Shown in pieces: positions 46,052 through 56,670 of a stretch of 64,000 nucleotides of DNA. Made by a program: the position numbers and the translations under genes. The notes beneath the pieces were generated by a model, which saw only the letters and a list, made by a program, of their open reading frames with translations, did no database searches and was not told the origin of the DNA. Position 1 is the stretch's first letter; each line of letters starts with the position of its first letter. The stretch is from a virus, in the IMG/VR virus record IMGVR_UViG_3300030104_005320, positions 1 through 64,000 of that record; one strand, given 5' to 3'.

Positions 46052-47245
46052 ATGCCCCTGCCAAAAAAAGGCGAAAAAGAATCAAGAGAGCAGTTCATGT
46101 CTAGGTGCATGTCTGATAAAGATAGTAAAAAAGAGTTTCCCGATAACCAACAAAGAGTAGCAGTGTGTCTCAGCAACGCAGGTGCCTCTGCAATCGAAGC
46201 CGCTGATTTCATCTATCACATGGAAACATATGGATACACAGAAGACGTGAATGAGAACAACTTATATATTCCGACGCAGGAGGAATATGTAGATTTTGAC
46301 GAGCAGACCGAGGAATGGGACGTATCAATCGCAAAACCGGGACTCTGGGAGAACATACGGAAAAAGAAAGAACGCGAAGGCAAAAAATACCGACCAGCAC
46401 AACCGGGAGATCCAGATCGTCCCACGCAAGACCAAATTAAAAGAGCACAATCCGAGGCAGAAGCTTACGGCGTTCCGCCGAAAGAATCAGACGGTCTACA
46501 ATACGGCAAGCCAAAAAAGAACGATCCAAGAAAAACTCCCGCACCAAAGAAAGATCAAAAGAGAGGCTCAAAGAAAAACAAACCAGACAGTGCTAAAAAT
46601 CCCAGCGGGAAAATAACCTTTAGCAAAAAAGTATTGGACCAGTTAAAGAGCAAGGTTTCGGAGCACAACGCTAAAGACAAAGGATCTAAAGCAACTCTTG
46701 GCCAACTGAAAGCTGTATATAGAAGGGGTGCAGGAGCGTACTCAACTAGCCATGCTCCAAAGATGAGCCGACACGGATGGGCAATTGCTAGAGTTAATGC
46801 GTTTCTATATCTTCTGAGAAACGGAAGACCTAGCAACCCTAACTATAAACAAGACAACGACCTTCTGCCAAAGGGCCATCCAAGAAAATCAAAAGCTGCA
46901 TACCTTTATGAAAATCCCAAGACTGGGGAATTGCTTACTTACACCAGACAGGGAGTCTACAAGAAGGATGGAGTATTTTTAGTATACAAAGGGAAAGCTG
47001 CTGAATATCAAGGAAGAAAGGTAACTCTTAATAAACCATTTAGAACTCCTGATGGTCCTAAGAAATTTGCCGTCTACACTAAAAACGAAAAAGGCACAGT
47101 TGTGATTGTTAGATTTGGAGATCCTAATATGGAAATCAAAAGAGACAATCCCGCCAGAAGGAAAAGTTTTAGAGCTAGACATAAGTGTGATACGGCACCG
47201 GGACCAAAATGGAAAGCAAGATACTGGTCTTGCAGAATGTGGTAA
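46052..47245 (+). CDS. Multi-module basic protein (head-associated candidate)
   Basis: Concatenated small basic modules (FMSRCM, GLWENIRKK, AVYRRGAGAYSTSH, AEYQGRKVTLNKP...RARH..YWSC). Confidence 0.6.
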   Translation: MPLPKKGEKESREQFMSRCMSDKDSKKEFPDNQQRVAVCLSNAGASAIEAADFIYHMETYGYTEDVNENNLYIPTQEEYVDFDEQTEEWDVSIAKPGLWENIRKKKEREGKKYRPAQPGDPDRPTQDQIKRAQSEAEAYGVPPKESDGLQYGKPKKNDPRKTPAPKKDQKRGSKKNKPDSAKNPSGKITFSKKVLDQLKSKVSEHNAKDKGSKATLGQLKAVYRRGAGAYSTSHAPKMSRHGWAIARVNAFLYLLRNGRPSNPNYKQDNDLLPKGHPRKSKAAYLYENPKTGELLTYTRQGVYKKDGVFLVYKGKAAEYQGRKVTLNKPFRTPDGPKKFAVYTKNEKGTVVIVRFGDPNMEIKRDNPARRKSFRARHKCDTAPGPKWKARYWSCRMW

Positions 47246-47761
47246 TTGTGTTAAGATATTCTCTATGGACGATAGCGACTCTACTATTTATATTGCTTTT
47301 AATTAGCTTTGTAAAAGTAGATCGCTACTGTCATATATGTAATAAAAAATGTTTTGAAGAACCCCTGATTACTAACTTCACGGGTGCTGGCGACATTAAT
47401 TATGAACATGCCGAATGTTCTGGTCATTGGGGTTGGAAATTTCCTATGAAATGGCCAACAGCTAGAAAGGTAACAAAATGAATATGCTTCCATCCGGTAA
47501 GTACACTAAGGTTATAGAGCTTAGAATCGAGAGAGACAAGCTTATAAACGAAAGGCACCATCTAAAGAGTAGGATCGGACTCTGCGAGGGCCAAGAAAAG
47601 ATATGGAAAGAGCAAAGGCGTAAATTCGCACAAGAACTAAAGGGAGTAAATGAAGAAATAATTGAGCACAACGCAAACATTAAAATTGAAATGCAAAACA
47701 TCAATGGTAGTGGAATAAAGTAATTTAACTAATAATTGAAGACGTAACAAAGAGGAATAAA

Positions 47762-48805
47762 TTGATAAACTTAACTACGCCTATAAACAATTTAGGATAT
47801 GGGGTTGCTGGATACAATATTTATAAAGAGATATATAAACTTCATCCGTCCACAGCCCTTTATCCTATATCTCAACCCGAATTTACAAATGAATCTATTG
47901 CTTCGGGTATTGACAATCAAGGTAAGAATAATTACCCTTCTGTTAAAATATGGCATCAAAACGACCTACATTCTCACGTTGGAAAAGTTAAACATATTGG
48001 ATTTCCTATATTTGAATTAACCGAGTTCAGCAAAATTGAAAAGAGAAGCATGGAGCACTGCGACTCCATATTCGTATGCTCTAAATGGGCAAAAGATATA
48101 GTAGTAAACCAAACTTCTTTTACAAGTGATAAAGTCCATGTCGTGCCATTAGGAGTTGATATTGATTTGTTTACTCCTAAACAACTAAAGCGTCCAAACA
48201 CAGTCTTTTTTAATTGTGGAAAATGGGAAAAAAGAAAAGGCCACGATATACTCCTAGAGTGTTTTAATAGAGCTTTTTCACCCGGAGATAATGTTGAATT
48301 ATGGATGATGTGCGAAAACCCGTTTATTGGAGAGATGAATAAGCAATGGATAGATCTATATAAAAGTTCTCCACTTGGAGATAAGATTAGAATTATTCCA
48401 AGACAGAAGACCCATAAAGATGTGTATAGTATAATGGCTCAAGCAGATTGTGGCGTTTTCCCCGCTAGAGCGGAAGGCTGGAATCTAGAGCTACTAGAAA
48501 TGATGGCGTGCGGCAAGGCTGTTATAGCTACGAATTACTCAGCACACACTGAATTTTGCGATAAAGACAACTCTTTTTTAATAGAGATTGACAGCCTTGA
48601 AAACGCTAGTGATGGAGTTTTCTTTTCTGGTTCACATGGAGAATGGGCTAGTTTACTGGAGCCACAAAAGTGTCAATTAATTGAACACATGAGGGATTTT
48701 CACAAAAGGAAAAATGACGGGTGGACTCAGAATACTGCCGGTATAGATACTGCTAATAAATTTACTTGGGAAAACTCAGCAAAGGAGTTATTAAATGGAC
48801 TCTAA
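47762..48805 (+). CDS. GT4-family glycosyltransferase
   Basis: GKWEKRKGHD, FPARAEGWNLELLEMMACGK. Confidence 0.88.
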   Translation: MINLTTPINNLGYGVAGYNIYKEIYKLHPSTALYPISQPEFTNESIASGIDNQGKNNYPSVKIWHQNDLHSHVGKVKHIGFPIFELTEFSKIEKRSMEHCDSIFVCSKWAKDIVVNQTSFTSDKVHVVPLGVDIDLFTPKQLKRPNTVFFNCGKWEKRKGHDILLECFNRAFSPGDNVELWMMCENPFIGEMNKQWIDLYKSSPLGDKIRIIPRQKTHKDVYSIMAQADCGVFPARAEGWNLELLEMMACGKAVIATNYSAHTEFCDKDNSFLIEIDSLENASDGVFFSGSHGEWASLLEPQKCQLIEHMRDFHKRKNDGWTQNTAGIDTANKFTWENSAKELLNGL

Positions 48806-49721
48806 TTTTAAAACGCCAAGAAAAATATTGAACCATTATCGGGATGGTTTTGTTGGCTCTGTGTGCGATCCGGAAGATGTGTCTAGGTTGATGGGTGAAT
48901 TACCCATGCCTGTTTTTGGAGCAGCGGCCTATAGTCTGTATGGAGACGGAGAAGGAAAACTAAGCTTACCTTTTAAATCTCTGTTGAAGTTTGATCCTGC
49001 GTTTGGTCCTTATGAAAGACAAACCACAGGAGATTGTGTGTCCCACGCCACAAGAAACGCGATTGATATCACTAGAGCCGTAGAAATAGACATCAAAGGC
49101 GAAAATGAAGAATTCAGAAAAAGAGGTGCTTGCGAGGCGATATATCAATCCAGAGGCCACAGAGGACAAGGAATGACATGCACCCAAGCTGCTAGATATG
49201 TTAATAAGACAGGAGGGCTGCTGATAAGAAAAGATTACGGATCTGTTGATCTTTCTAAATATAACTCCTCTTTAGGTGCTAATCTAAGTATACCTGAGAG
49301 TATTTATAAAGACGAAGCGAATAAACATCCGATAAAAACTATATCAAATATAAGAACTATAGAAGAGGCAAGAGACGCTCTGGCCAATGGATATTCTATA
49401 TCGGTTTGCTCTGGGTATGGATTTTCAAGTCGTAGAGATTCAAAAGGAATAGCTGCAAAAGGTAAGGGCTGGTCACATGCTATGGCATGGATTGGCTGTG
49501 ACGACACTAGAAAAAGATACAACGAAACTTTATTTTTAATACAAAATAGTTGGGGCAACTGGAATTCTGGACCAAAAGTCCACGATCAGCCAGACGGAAG
49601 TTTCTGGGTTAGAGAAAGAGATGCTAGAGGGATGCTCTCTGGTGGTGGTGCTTGGGTTTTTAGCAATGTAGAAGGCTTTCCCTCGCGTAAAATAGAGTGG
49701 AGTATAGGAGATGTTTTCTAA
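48795..49721 (+). CDS. Papain-like cysteine peptidase (C1)
   Basis: QTTGDCVSH, WSHAM, IQNSWG. Confidence 0.85.
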   Translation: MDSNFKTPRKILNHYRDGFVGSVCDPEDVSRLMGELPMPVFGAAAYSLYGDGEGKLSLPFKSLLKFDPAFGPYERQTTGDCVSHATRNAIDITRAVEIDIKGENEEFRKRGACEAIYQSRGHRGQGMTCTQAARYVNKTGGLLIRKDYGSVDLSKYNSSLGANLSIPESIYKDEANKHPIKTISNIRTIEEARDALANGYSISVCSGYGFSSRRDSKGIAAKGKGWSHAMAWIGCDDTRKRYNETLFLIQNSWGNWNSGPKVHDQPDGSFWVRERDARGMLSGGGAWVFSNVEGFPSRKIEWSIGDVF

Positions 49722-50101
49722 TGAAAATACAACAAAAGGCCATCATAGGCATTATAGTCATAATTGGCTTCATATTTTTTTCAGCTAAATCTACAAACGG
49801 GTTGACAAATGATGAAGTCAATAAGATAATAAGTACAGTAAAAGAGTCTTTTGATAAAGCAGAAAGTATAGTGTTTGATCAAAAGCCAGACGTTCCAGAC
49901 GACGGACCTACCGGTCCTGATCCAGATCCTGAAAAGTGCATCTGCGAAGGTACTGGAAAAATAATACAGGGAGATGGCCATGTAACGCCATGTCCTTACC
50001 ATAGCGAGGATTCTAAGTCGGAAGAAGTACCTTCCTTTGAGAGTCCTACTATTTATAGAGTAATACCTAGAAGAAGAATCTTTGGAAACTTCTTCAGGTG
50101 A
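49721..50101 (+). CDS. Membrane-anchored protein with CxCxGxG...CPYH motif
   Basis: N-terminal TM; coupled to the peptidase. Confidence 0.6.
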   Translation: MKIQQKAIIGIIVIIGFIFFSAKSTNGLTNDEVNKIISTVKESFDKAESIVFDQKPDVPDDGPTGPDPDPEKCICEGTGKIIQGDGHVTPCPYHSEDSKSEEVPSFESPTIYRVIPRRRIFGNFFR

Positions 50102-50158
50102 CTAACATTTAACGGGAACAGTTGTTCCCATTTTTAACCTTTTTTGGAGAGTTTAGTT

Positions 50159-50335
50159 ATGAGTAAATGGAAATCTTTGTTGACTTCTAGACGTTTTTGG
50201 GTTTCTGCCGTTGGGCTAGCTGCGGTTTGTGCTAGCGATCTGTTTGGAATCACCCTAAATCAAGAACAAATGGTTGGCGTTATCACTATTGTTGTCGCTT
50301 GGGTTATTGGAGATACTGTAAGAGAAACCAAGTGA
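50159..50335 (+). CDS. Holin-like two-TM protein
   Basis: KSLLTSRRFWVS; two hydrophobic helices; 58 aa. Confidence 0.55.
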   Translation: MSKWKSLLTSRRFWVSAVGLAAVCASDLFGITLNQEQMVGVITIVVAWVIGDTVRETK

Positions 50336-50356
50336 TACTACTTTGAGGACTTTTAA

Positions 50357-52674
50357 ATGTTGGAATTTTTTAAGCAGCTAAGTGTTTTTCAGTGGATTTT
50401 AATTGGGTGCGGTTTATTTTTGTTATTGCCCAATGTGGTTGATCTTTTCAAAAGGATACCGATGCCAAAAATTAATAACACACCTAAAGACAGTAGCTCA
50501 CACGCTCTAACGAACATAGTTTGCGAGTGGGAGTGTCTTTACGAGTCTTGCAAGAGTAAAAATCTCTTAGATGCTTGCGATCAACTTGAAAAAGTTTTTC
50601 CCTTACTGGTAAAGGTTAGGGAAGATAATAATAATCCAAAAACTTATACGGAGGAGAATACGTGCAAATCAGAACTATAATAGGCGTGATAGTTGTTGTA
50701 GTTGGATTATTTTGGGTACAGATTCAGGAAGGGATTCCTGATATCGTTCCTGATGTTAGACCGGCTGTAGAGATAAACATAGACGAACCGACTCCTGAAA
50801 TAAAAGAAAAAGTATTAAGTATTGCCTCTCTTGTTACCGATACTAAAGATAGGTTAAATCTTTGTATCTTTAACAAAATTTTTTCAGAGAGAGTTCGAGA
50901 CTACCCAGCAGATGCCCAACAATTAAACGATGTATACACTGAGGCCGCAAAGATATTTTTTGGGGAGACTCTGAGGGGCAAGTATACTGGGTATTCAGAA
51001 GGTATTCAAAAGCTTATGTCTGACATAGTTGGTCAGGAGAATCATGAGCTAACACAAGAAGAAAAAAATAAACTAGCACAAGTTTTTAATGGTTTAGCTT
51101 GGGCACTGAAATAAGGATTTTTATATGGAAATATTAAAAGCTGTAATTAGCTCTGTACAATCTGAAATTGACTTAGCTTCATTTGAGATGAATATGATAC
51201 TAAATGACCAAACACAACCTGATGCTATAAGTAAATTTAAAAAAGCACTTGCCGCCCATAGTAAGGCCAAATCGCAAATGCAAATTTTAGATTCGATTAG
51301 AGAGCAGATACAACAAAATATTGAGAAAAACAATGAAAGTAAAAATAACCCTACTACTGACTCAGATTAATACATTAGCGAATCCTATGTCAGACGATTT
51401 TATGCGTCTTTTTTTAGATGACGATGGAAATTTACCTAATAGATATGTGACCACCAAGACGATAAAAGAAACACTACAAGATCTTTATAATCAATTTTCA
51501 AGTTTAGAAGTGGATTGGGCCACTCCTACCCTAGAAGACTTTAGACACGTTTCCCAGTCTACAGAGTGTGAAGCCTTGTATTTTGTTAGAATACCTCAAA
51601 TAGATGGGTTTAATAAAAACGGCACTCTCGTTAGCCTTAATAATGTAGAATTAGAGGATTTTTATGAACAAGCCATCATCAGACAGCCAAGAAGCATATA
51701 TTAATTCAGAAGAAGAAATAGCGGCAAAACTTTCCGTGTTTGTAGACAACGAAGGCGAGATAATGTACAACTGCGATTGGGAGCCAACACAAGAAGGTTT
51801 GATTGGTATAGCTTCTATTTTTTATAAACTTTTAATAGATGATTTATCCGATCAAATTTTTGAGGAAGTGAAAGCACAATGCGTATCAAATAATACGGAG
51901 GAAGACTTCATGGCTATCGATAATCTAATTAAAGCTTATTCTTCTACACAAACGGCAACTAATTCAAACGATGAACTAGTCGTTCCTCCTGATAGAATTA
52001 TGAATATATAAGACGCTTTATAAAAACGGAGAGCGGATATGTTTACGCACAAAAAAATAGCTTGGCAAAGCTGGAATGCGTTGGTTCATCAATCTTTAGC
52101 GGAAGAACAAGAAATGCTAAAAGAGCTTGAAGAAGAGATGCAATCAGGGGGCGGCGTCCCTCCAGAGGGAGCTTCTTTTCTTCCGGTTGAATCTTTTCAA
52201 CAAAGGGTTTTACATACTCCGGTGGGCATTTATCCCATGGATTCTTTGTTTAAACCCTCTGACAGATGGGACTGCTGGATCGGGCACACTAACTTTGACA
52301 TAACCCATGCTGTAAAAAATGATCTATCAAAAGTGGCTGGAGTTGAGGCTGTAAGAATTTTAGGAAGATATACATTTTTTATTGGAATTGCAAAGCTTTT
52401 CGACATTAAAGATGTTAGGATGAATATTGAAAAACAATTATGCGTCTATACAGAACGAGAAGTTTTGTCTGACGAACAAACACAAGCGACTGTAGATATG
52501 GTCAAAGAACAACTAAAGACTAAAAAATATTGGTCCATATTAGTGGCCCCTACCGGAAAGGTCGATTATGTTGTCTCAGACGATCTAGATAAAGCTTACT
52601 TAGACGGTTTGAATGAACTATTGGAACTTAAACAATTACTAGGCGGAATTATTTTAAGAGGAGATTATGGATAA
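50357..52674 (+). other. Six hypothetical ORFs (50357-50680 and 50662-51114 TM-anchored; 51125-51370; 51321-51704; 51664-52011; 52039-52674)
   Basis: Tightly packed co-directional ORFs. Confidence 0.6.
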
Positions 52675-53131
52675 AATTTTTGAAGACCACTGGAATAAAA
52701 TTGACATACAAAATATCATGAACAAAGTTGCTGGCAGATATAAAACAGCAATAGATTTTGACGATATAGAGTCCATCAAAATGCAAACATTATGGAAATG
52801 TATTCAAAAGTACGATAAAACTAGAGGATCTAAATTTACGTCTTATCTTTATCAGCAGCTTTCTTTTGCATTTAAGAACAGACTAAAATCTAAAAAAATG
52901 GAGTTTGCTAATTCCGATATAGAAAAACAAGACTTCAATACAGGAAATAAGTATGAGATCATAGATATATTAACCGGCTTAGATCCTGAGCTAAAAGAGG
53001 TAATAAATCAAAGATTTTATCACAATATGACCATGGTAGAAATCGGACACGCCAATGGGTATAGCAGAGAAACGGCTAGAAGGCGTTTAAAAAAGGCTAT
53101 AAAAACATGCAAAAAAAACTGCATTTCTTAA
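52667..53131 (+). CDS. Small sigma70-family sigma factor (regions 2 and 4)
   Basis: LWKCIQKYDKTRGSKFTSYLY; region-4 HTH MTMVEIG...YSRETARRR. Confidence 0.85.
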   Translation: MDKIFEDHWNKIDIQNIMNKVAGRYKTAIDFDDIESIKMQTLWKCIQKYDKTRGSKFTSYLYQQLSFAFKNRLKSKKMEFANSDIEKQDFNTGNKYEIIDILTGLDPELKEVINQRFYHNMTMVEIGHANGYSRETARRRLKKAIKTCKKNCIS

Positions 53132-53234
53132 CGTAAATTTGTGTATATCTTATTTAGGAACTGGATCTCTTTTTGGAAAAATTGGAAATATGAAAATTTT
53201 ACATTCTATTAAATTTTAGAAGGAGATTCTAATT

Positions 53235-53906
53235 ATGGCAGTTCCCGGCAACACGGCTGATTACCTGAAGAATACCACCGGTGGTGCGTTTGTTCAAACC
53301 AACGAAGGTGGTACTATTCTAGGTAACACTTCGACAGGCACAGCTATCACTAAAGCATTAGCTTTAAAAGATAACGCAACAGATTTTCCAAGATCGCCAA
53401 TTCCGGTTAATAAGGCCAACGGTCTTATCGGAAATCACAAACCTCTTACTGCGGGCACGTTCGCTTACGAGGCAGAAGGCAATTACACCATCGCCGCTTC
53501 AAGCACTACCATCTCTGGTGTTGCTAGTACAAAGGTGTTGATTACTAGTGCTTCTCCACGAGAAGCTATTCATCGCTTCATGCACTCCTTTGGTGCTAAA
53601 ACTGTCACAGCATTTCGTGCTGGCCGCTTTAGCTGGACATCTACCAAGCGTACTGGTGCGGCTCTTGCCGCCAGAATTAACTGGCTCAATATCGCTTCTG
53701 GCGGTATGGACACTGCGTCTGCTCCAGCCGCTCTCAATGAGAACATGTGGGACCCAAGTGCTGGCTCTGTTTCGGCTAACAGCGACGTTGCTGCTAACCC
53801 AACAAGAGCGGTTCCGGGTTCGCTTGTTATGAAAGTTGACTTTGTTGACTTGGACGAAGCCACTGGTGGTGACTTCTTCGTTTACAAAGCAATTACAGGT
53901 ATGTAA
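53235..53906 (+). CDS. Putative abundant virion protein
   Basis: Ala/Thr/Gly-rich, biased codons, TTGTGTATA motif upstream, terminator at 53920-53945. Confidence 0.55.
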   Translation: MAVPGNTADYLKNTTGGAFVQTNEGGTILGNTSTGTAITKALALKDNATDFPRSPIPVNKANGLIGNHKPLTAGTFAYEAEGNYTIAASSTTISGVASTKVLITSASPREAIHRFMHSFGAKTVTAFRAGRFSWTSTKRTGAALAARINWLNIASGGMDTASAPAALNENMWDPSAGSVSANSDVAANPTRAVPGSLVMKVDFVDLDEATGGDFFVYKAITGM

Positions 53907-53974
53907 ACCTAAAACTCTGGGGCCGTTAATTCGGCCCTCTTTTCTATTTTTAACATTACATACTGGGTATCAAA

Positions 53975-54295
53975 ATGAACGAAGCTTGGAGTCTAGCAAA
54001 CGATATAGCGGGGGTCATAGGCATGTTTTTAGTTCCCATCACCGGATGGGTTCTGTGGACTATAGTGACTCACGGGAAACAAATAATAGTATTGGAGCAG
54101 CGTGTGAACGATTCTTTAAACCAACGTATGAGATCTATAGAAAAAAGAGTAGCAGGAGTGGAAGAAAAAGTTGACGAGATTAGCGAAAATGTAACGGAGT
54201 GCAAGATCGTTATCAATGACAACAAAGCACTTCATACTCAGATCAACAGCAAGTTCGACACTCTCATAGACAAGATGAATGATATGAATTATTAA
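53975..54295 (+). CDS. TM plus coiled-coil protein
   Basis: One TM followed by heptads. Confidence 0.55.
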   Translation: MNEAWSLANDIAGVIGMFLVPITGWVLWTIVTHGKQIIVLEQRVNDSLNQRMRSIEKRVAGVEEKVDEISENVTECKIVINDNKALHTQINSKFDTLIDKMNDMNY

Positions 54296-54441
54296 TTATT
54301 TTTTTTATCATTTTTAGAAACCGTTTGTGCGTATGTATAAACGGTTTTTTTTGTTTTTCAGTTGGCAAATGCTCGTTGCTAGTAGTATAATAACTTGTAA
54401 CAAACGCCATTCATAATATATCAACACATAAAGAGGACACG

Positions 54442-56670
54442 ATGCAAGTCGCAAAAAGAGACGGAGACAAAGAAGAGTTCTCCGTAGAGAAGATTCATAA
54501 AGTAGTGGAGTGGGCTACAAACGGTATAAATGGAGTGTCCTTTTCAGATATCGAAATGAACGCCAATCTATCTTTATATGATGGCATATCTACTACAGAA
54601 ATTCATCAGATACTTATTAAGTCCGCCAACGATCTTATATCAACATCGACTCCCAACTATCAATATGTTGCAGCTAGACTTTTAAATATGCAATTGAGAA
54701 AACAGGTATGGGGCTGTGGAGACGAGGCTACGCCCTTTGCTTTGTTTCTAGAGAGAAATGTTGATAACGGAATATACGATCCTTCGGTTCTGGAAAAATG
54801 GACCGCTGAAGATGTTGAAGTGTTTTGCAATTACATTAATCACGAACGGGACGATTTGTTTACATATGCTGGGTTACAGCAGATGATAGATAAATACTTG
54901 GTAAAAAACAGAAGCACTGGCAGGATATATGAAACACCACAATTTGCTTATATGTGTATAGCCATGTGTTTATTCGAAACTACTTCAGAAGTAAAGAACG
55001 CATATGACTGCTACTCCACGTTTCAAATCAATCTGCCCACCCCGATTATGGCGGGCGTTAGAACTAACATACGGCAGTTTGCTTCTTGTGTTCTTGTTGA
55101 TGTTGATGATAACTTGGATGGTATTTTTAGTAGTATACACGCCGTTGGAAAATACACTGCAAGGCGGGCGGGGATCGGGCTCAACATCGGAAGAATGAGG
55201 CCAATCAATTCGCCCATCAGAGGCGGCGAGGTTATCCACACTGGCCTCATACCATATCTTAAAAACTTTGAGTCCGCTGTAAAGTCAACAAGCCAAAACG
55301 GCTTACGTGGCGGTTCGGCCACTGTTCATGTTCCTTTCTGGCATTATGAAATTGAAGATATTATGGTTCTCAAAAACAATGCGGGCACAGACGATAATAG
55401 AGTAAGAAAGCTTGACTACTCTATACAGTTTTGTAAGTTGTTTTACGAAAGGCTTGTTGCCAATGAAGACATAACGCTGTTCAGCCCCAACGAAGCCAAG
55501 GGTCTTTATGAAGCCTTTGGAGACAATGAAAAGTTTGAAGAGCTTTATCTTAAATACGAAGAATCTAAAAGTCTTAAGTTTAGAAAAAAGATTTCCGCTA
55601 GGAAGTTGGCCGAGATTTTTGCGAGGGAAAGATTGGAGACGGGACGAATATACTCTATGAACATTGACACCGCAAATGAACACGGATCTTGGGATGTTCC
55701 TTGTTATATGTCTAATTTATGTCAAGAGATCATACATCCAACAGTACCAATTAAATCTATAGACGATCCAAATGGCGAGATTGGAATATGTATTCTTTCT
55801 GCTTTGAATTTGCTAGAATTATCAACCGAGAAAGATATACAAAAAGCATGTCGAATGGCTGTCAGAACTTTAGAGTCTGTTATAGATTATCAAGACTATC
55901 CAGTTATAGCGGGAGAAAACTTTACTAAAAATAGAAGGTCTTTAGGGATTGGTATTACTAATCTAGCTGGCTTCCTAGCTAAAAACAAACTAAAGTACGG
56001 AGATAAGGAAGCACTTGAATTAGTTCATGAAACGATGGAGCAGATTCAATGGAACCTCCTCAATGCCAGTTGTGATCTAGCAAAAGAAAAGGGTGCATGT
56101 GCTAAGTTCCACGAGACAAAATACGCAAGAGGATTGCTGCCGGTTGACTGGTACAAAAAGACTGTTGATGAATTGGTTAAGCCAAACTACAACATGGACT
56201 GGGAGAGCTTAAGAAAGAGAATAGAAAAATATGGACTAAGACATTCTACTCTGTCGGCAATCATGCCTTGTGAGTCCTCTAGCGTCATTCAGAACAGCAC
56301 AAACGGCATTGAGCCTGTACGTAGCTTGCTTTTATACAAGAAGGCTAAAAACGGAATATTGAAACAATTAGTGCCAAATTATCATATGAGAAAAAAATAC
56401 TACACTATGGCTTGGGAAATGACCGATAACAAAGGTATGATGGACACAGCCGCTGTAATACAGAAGTTTGTAGACATGAGTATGAGCACTAATTTGTACT
56501 ACAACTATTCGCACCATGAAGATGGCAATGTTCCCTTGAGCACGTTGATTAGAGATCAAATATACGGATATAAATACGGATTGAAAAATTTCTATTACGC
56601 CAATACTCCAGATGGAGATGGCGATACAGAAAAAGAAATGAATTGTGAATCAGGAGCCTGTGCGATATAA
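54442..56670 (+). CDS. nrdA: Ribonucleotide reductase class Ia alpha subunit
   Basis: ATP cone, PTPIMAG, FASCVL, SNLCQEI, C-terminal CESGACAI. Confidence 0.97.
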   Translation: MQVAKRDGDKEEFSVEKIHKVVEWATNGINGVSFSDIEMNANLSLYDGISTTEIHQILIKSANDLISTSTPNYQYVAARLLNMQLRKQVWGCGDEATPFALFLERNVDNGIYDPSVLEKWTAEDVEVFCNYINHERDDLFTYAGLQQMIDKYLVKNRSTGRIYETPQFAYMCIAMCLFETTSEVKNAYDCYSTFQINLPTPIMAGVRTNIRQFASCVLVDVDDNLDGIFSSIHAVGKYTARRAGIGLNIGRMRPINSPIRGGEVIHTGLIPYLKNFESAVKSTSQNGLRGGSATVHVPFWHYEIEDIMVLKNNAGTDDNRVRKLDYSIQFCKLFYERLVANEDITLFSPNEAKGLYEAFGDNEKFEELYLKYEESKSLKFRKKISARKLAEIFARERLETGRIYSMNIDTANEHGSWDVPCYMSNLCQEIIHPTVPIKSIDDPNGEIGICILSALNLLELSTEKDIQKACRMAVRTLESVIDYQDYPVIAGENFTKNRRSLGIGITNLAGFLAKNKLKYGDKEALELVHETMEQIQWNLLNASCDLAKEKGACAKFHETKYARGLLPVDWYKKTVDELVKPNYNMDWESLRKRIEKYGLRHSTLSAIMPCESSSVIQNSTNGIEPVRSLLLYKKAKNGILKQLVPNYHMRKKYYTMAWEMTDNKGMMDTAAVIQKFVDMSMSTNLYYNYSHHEDGNVPLSTLIRDQIYGYKYGLKNFYYANTPDGDGDTEKEMNCESGACAI

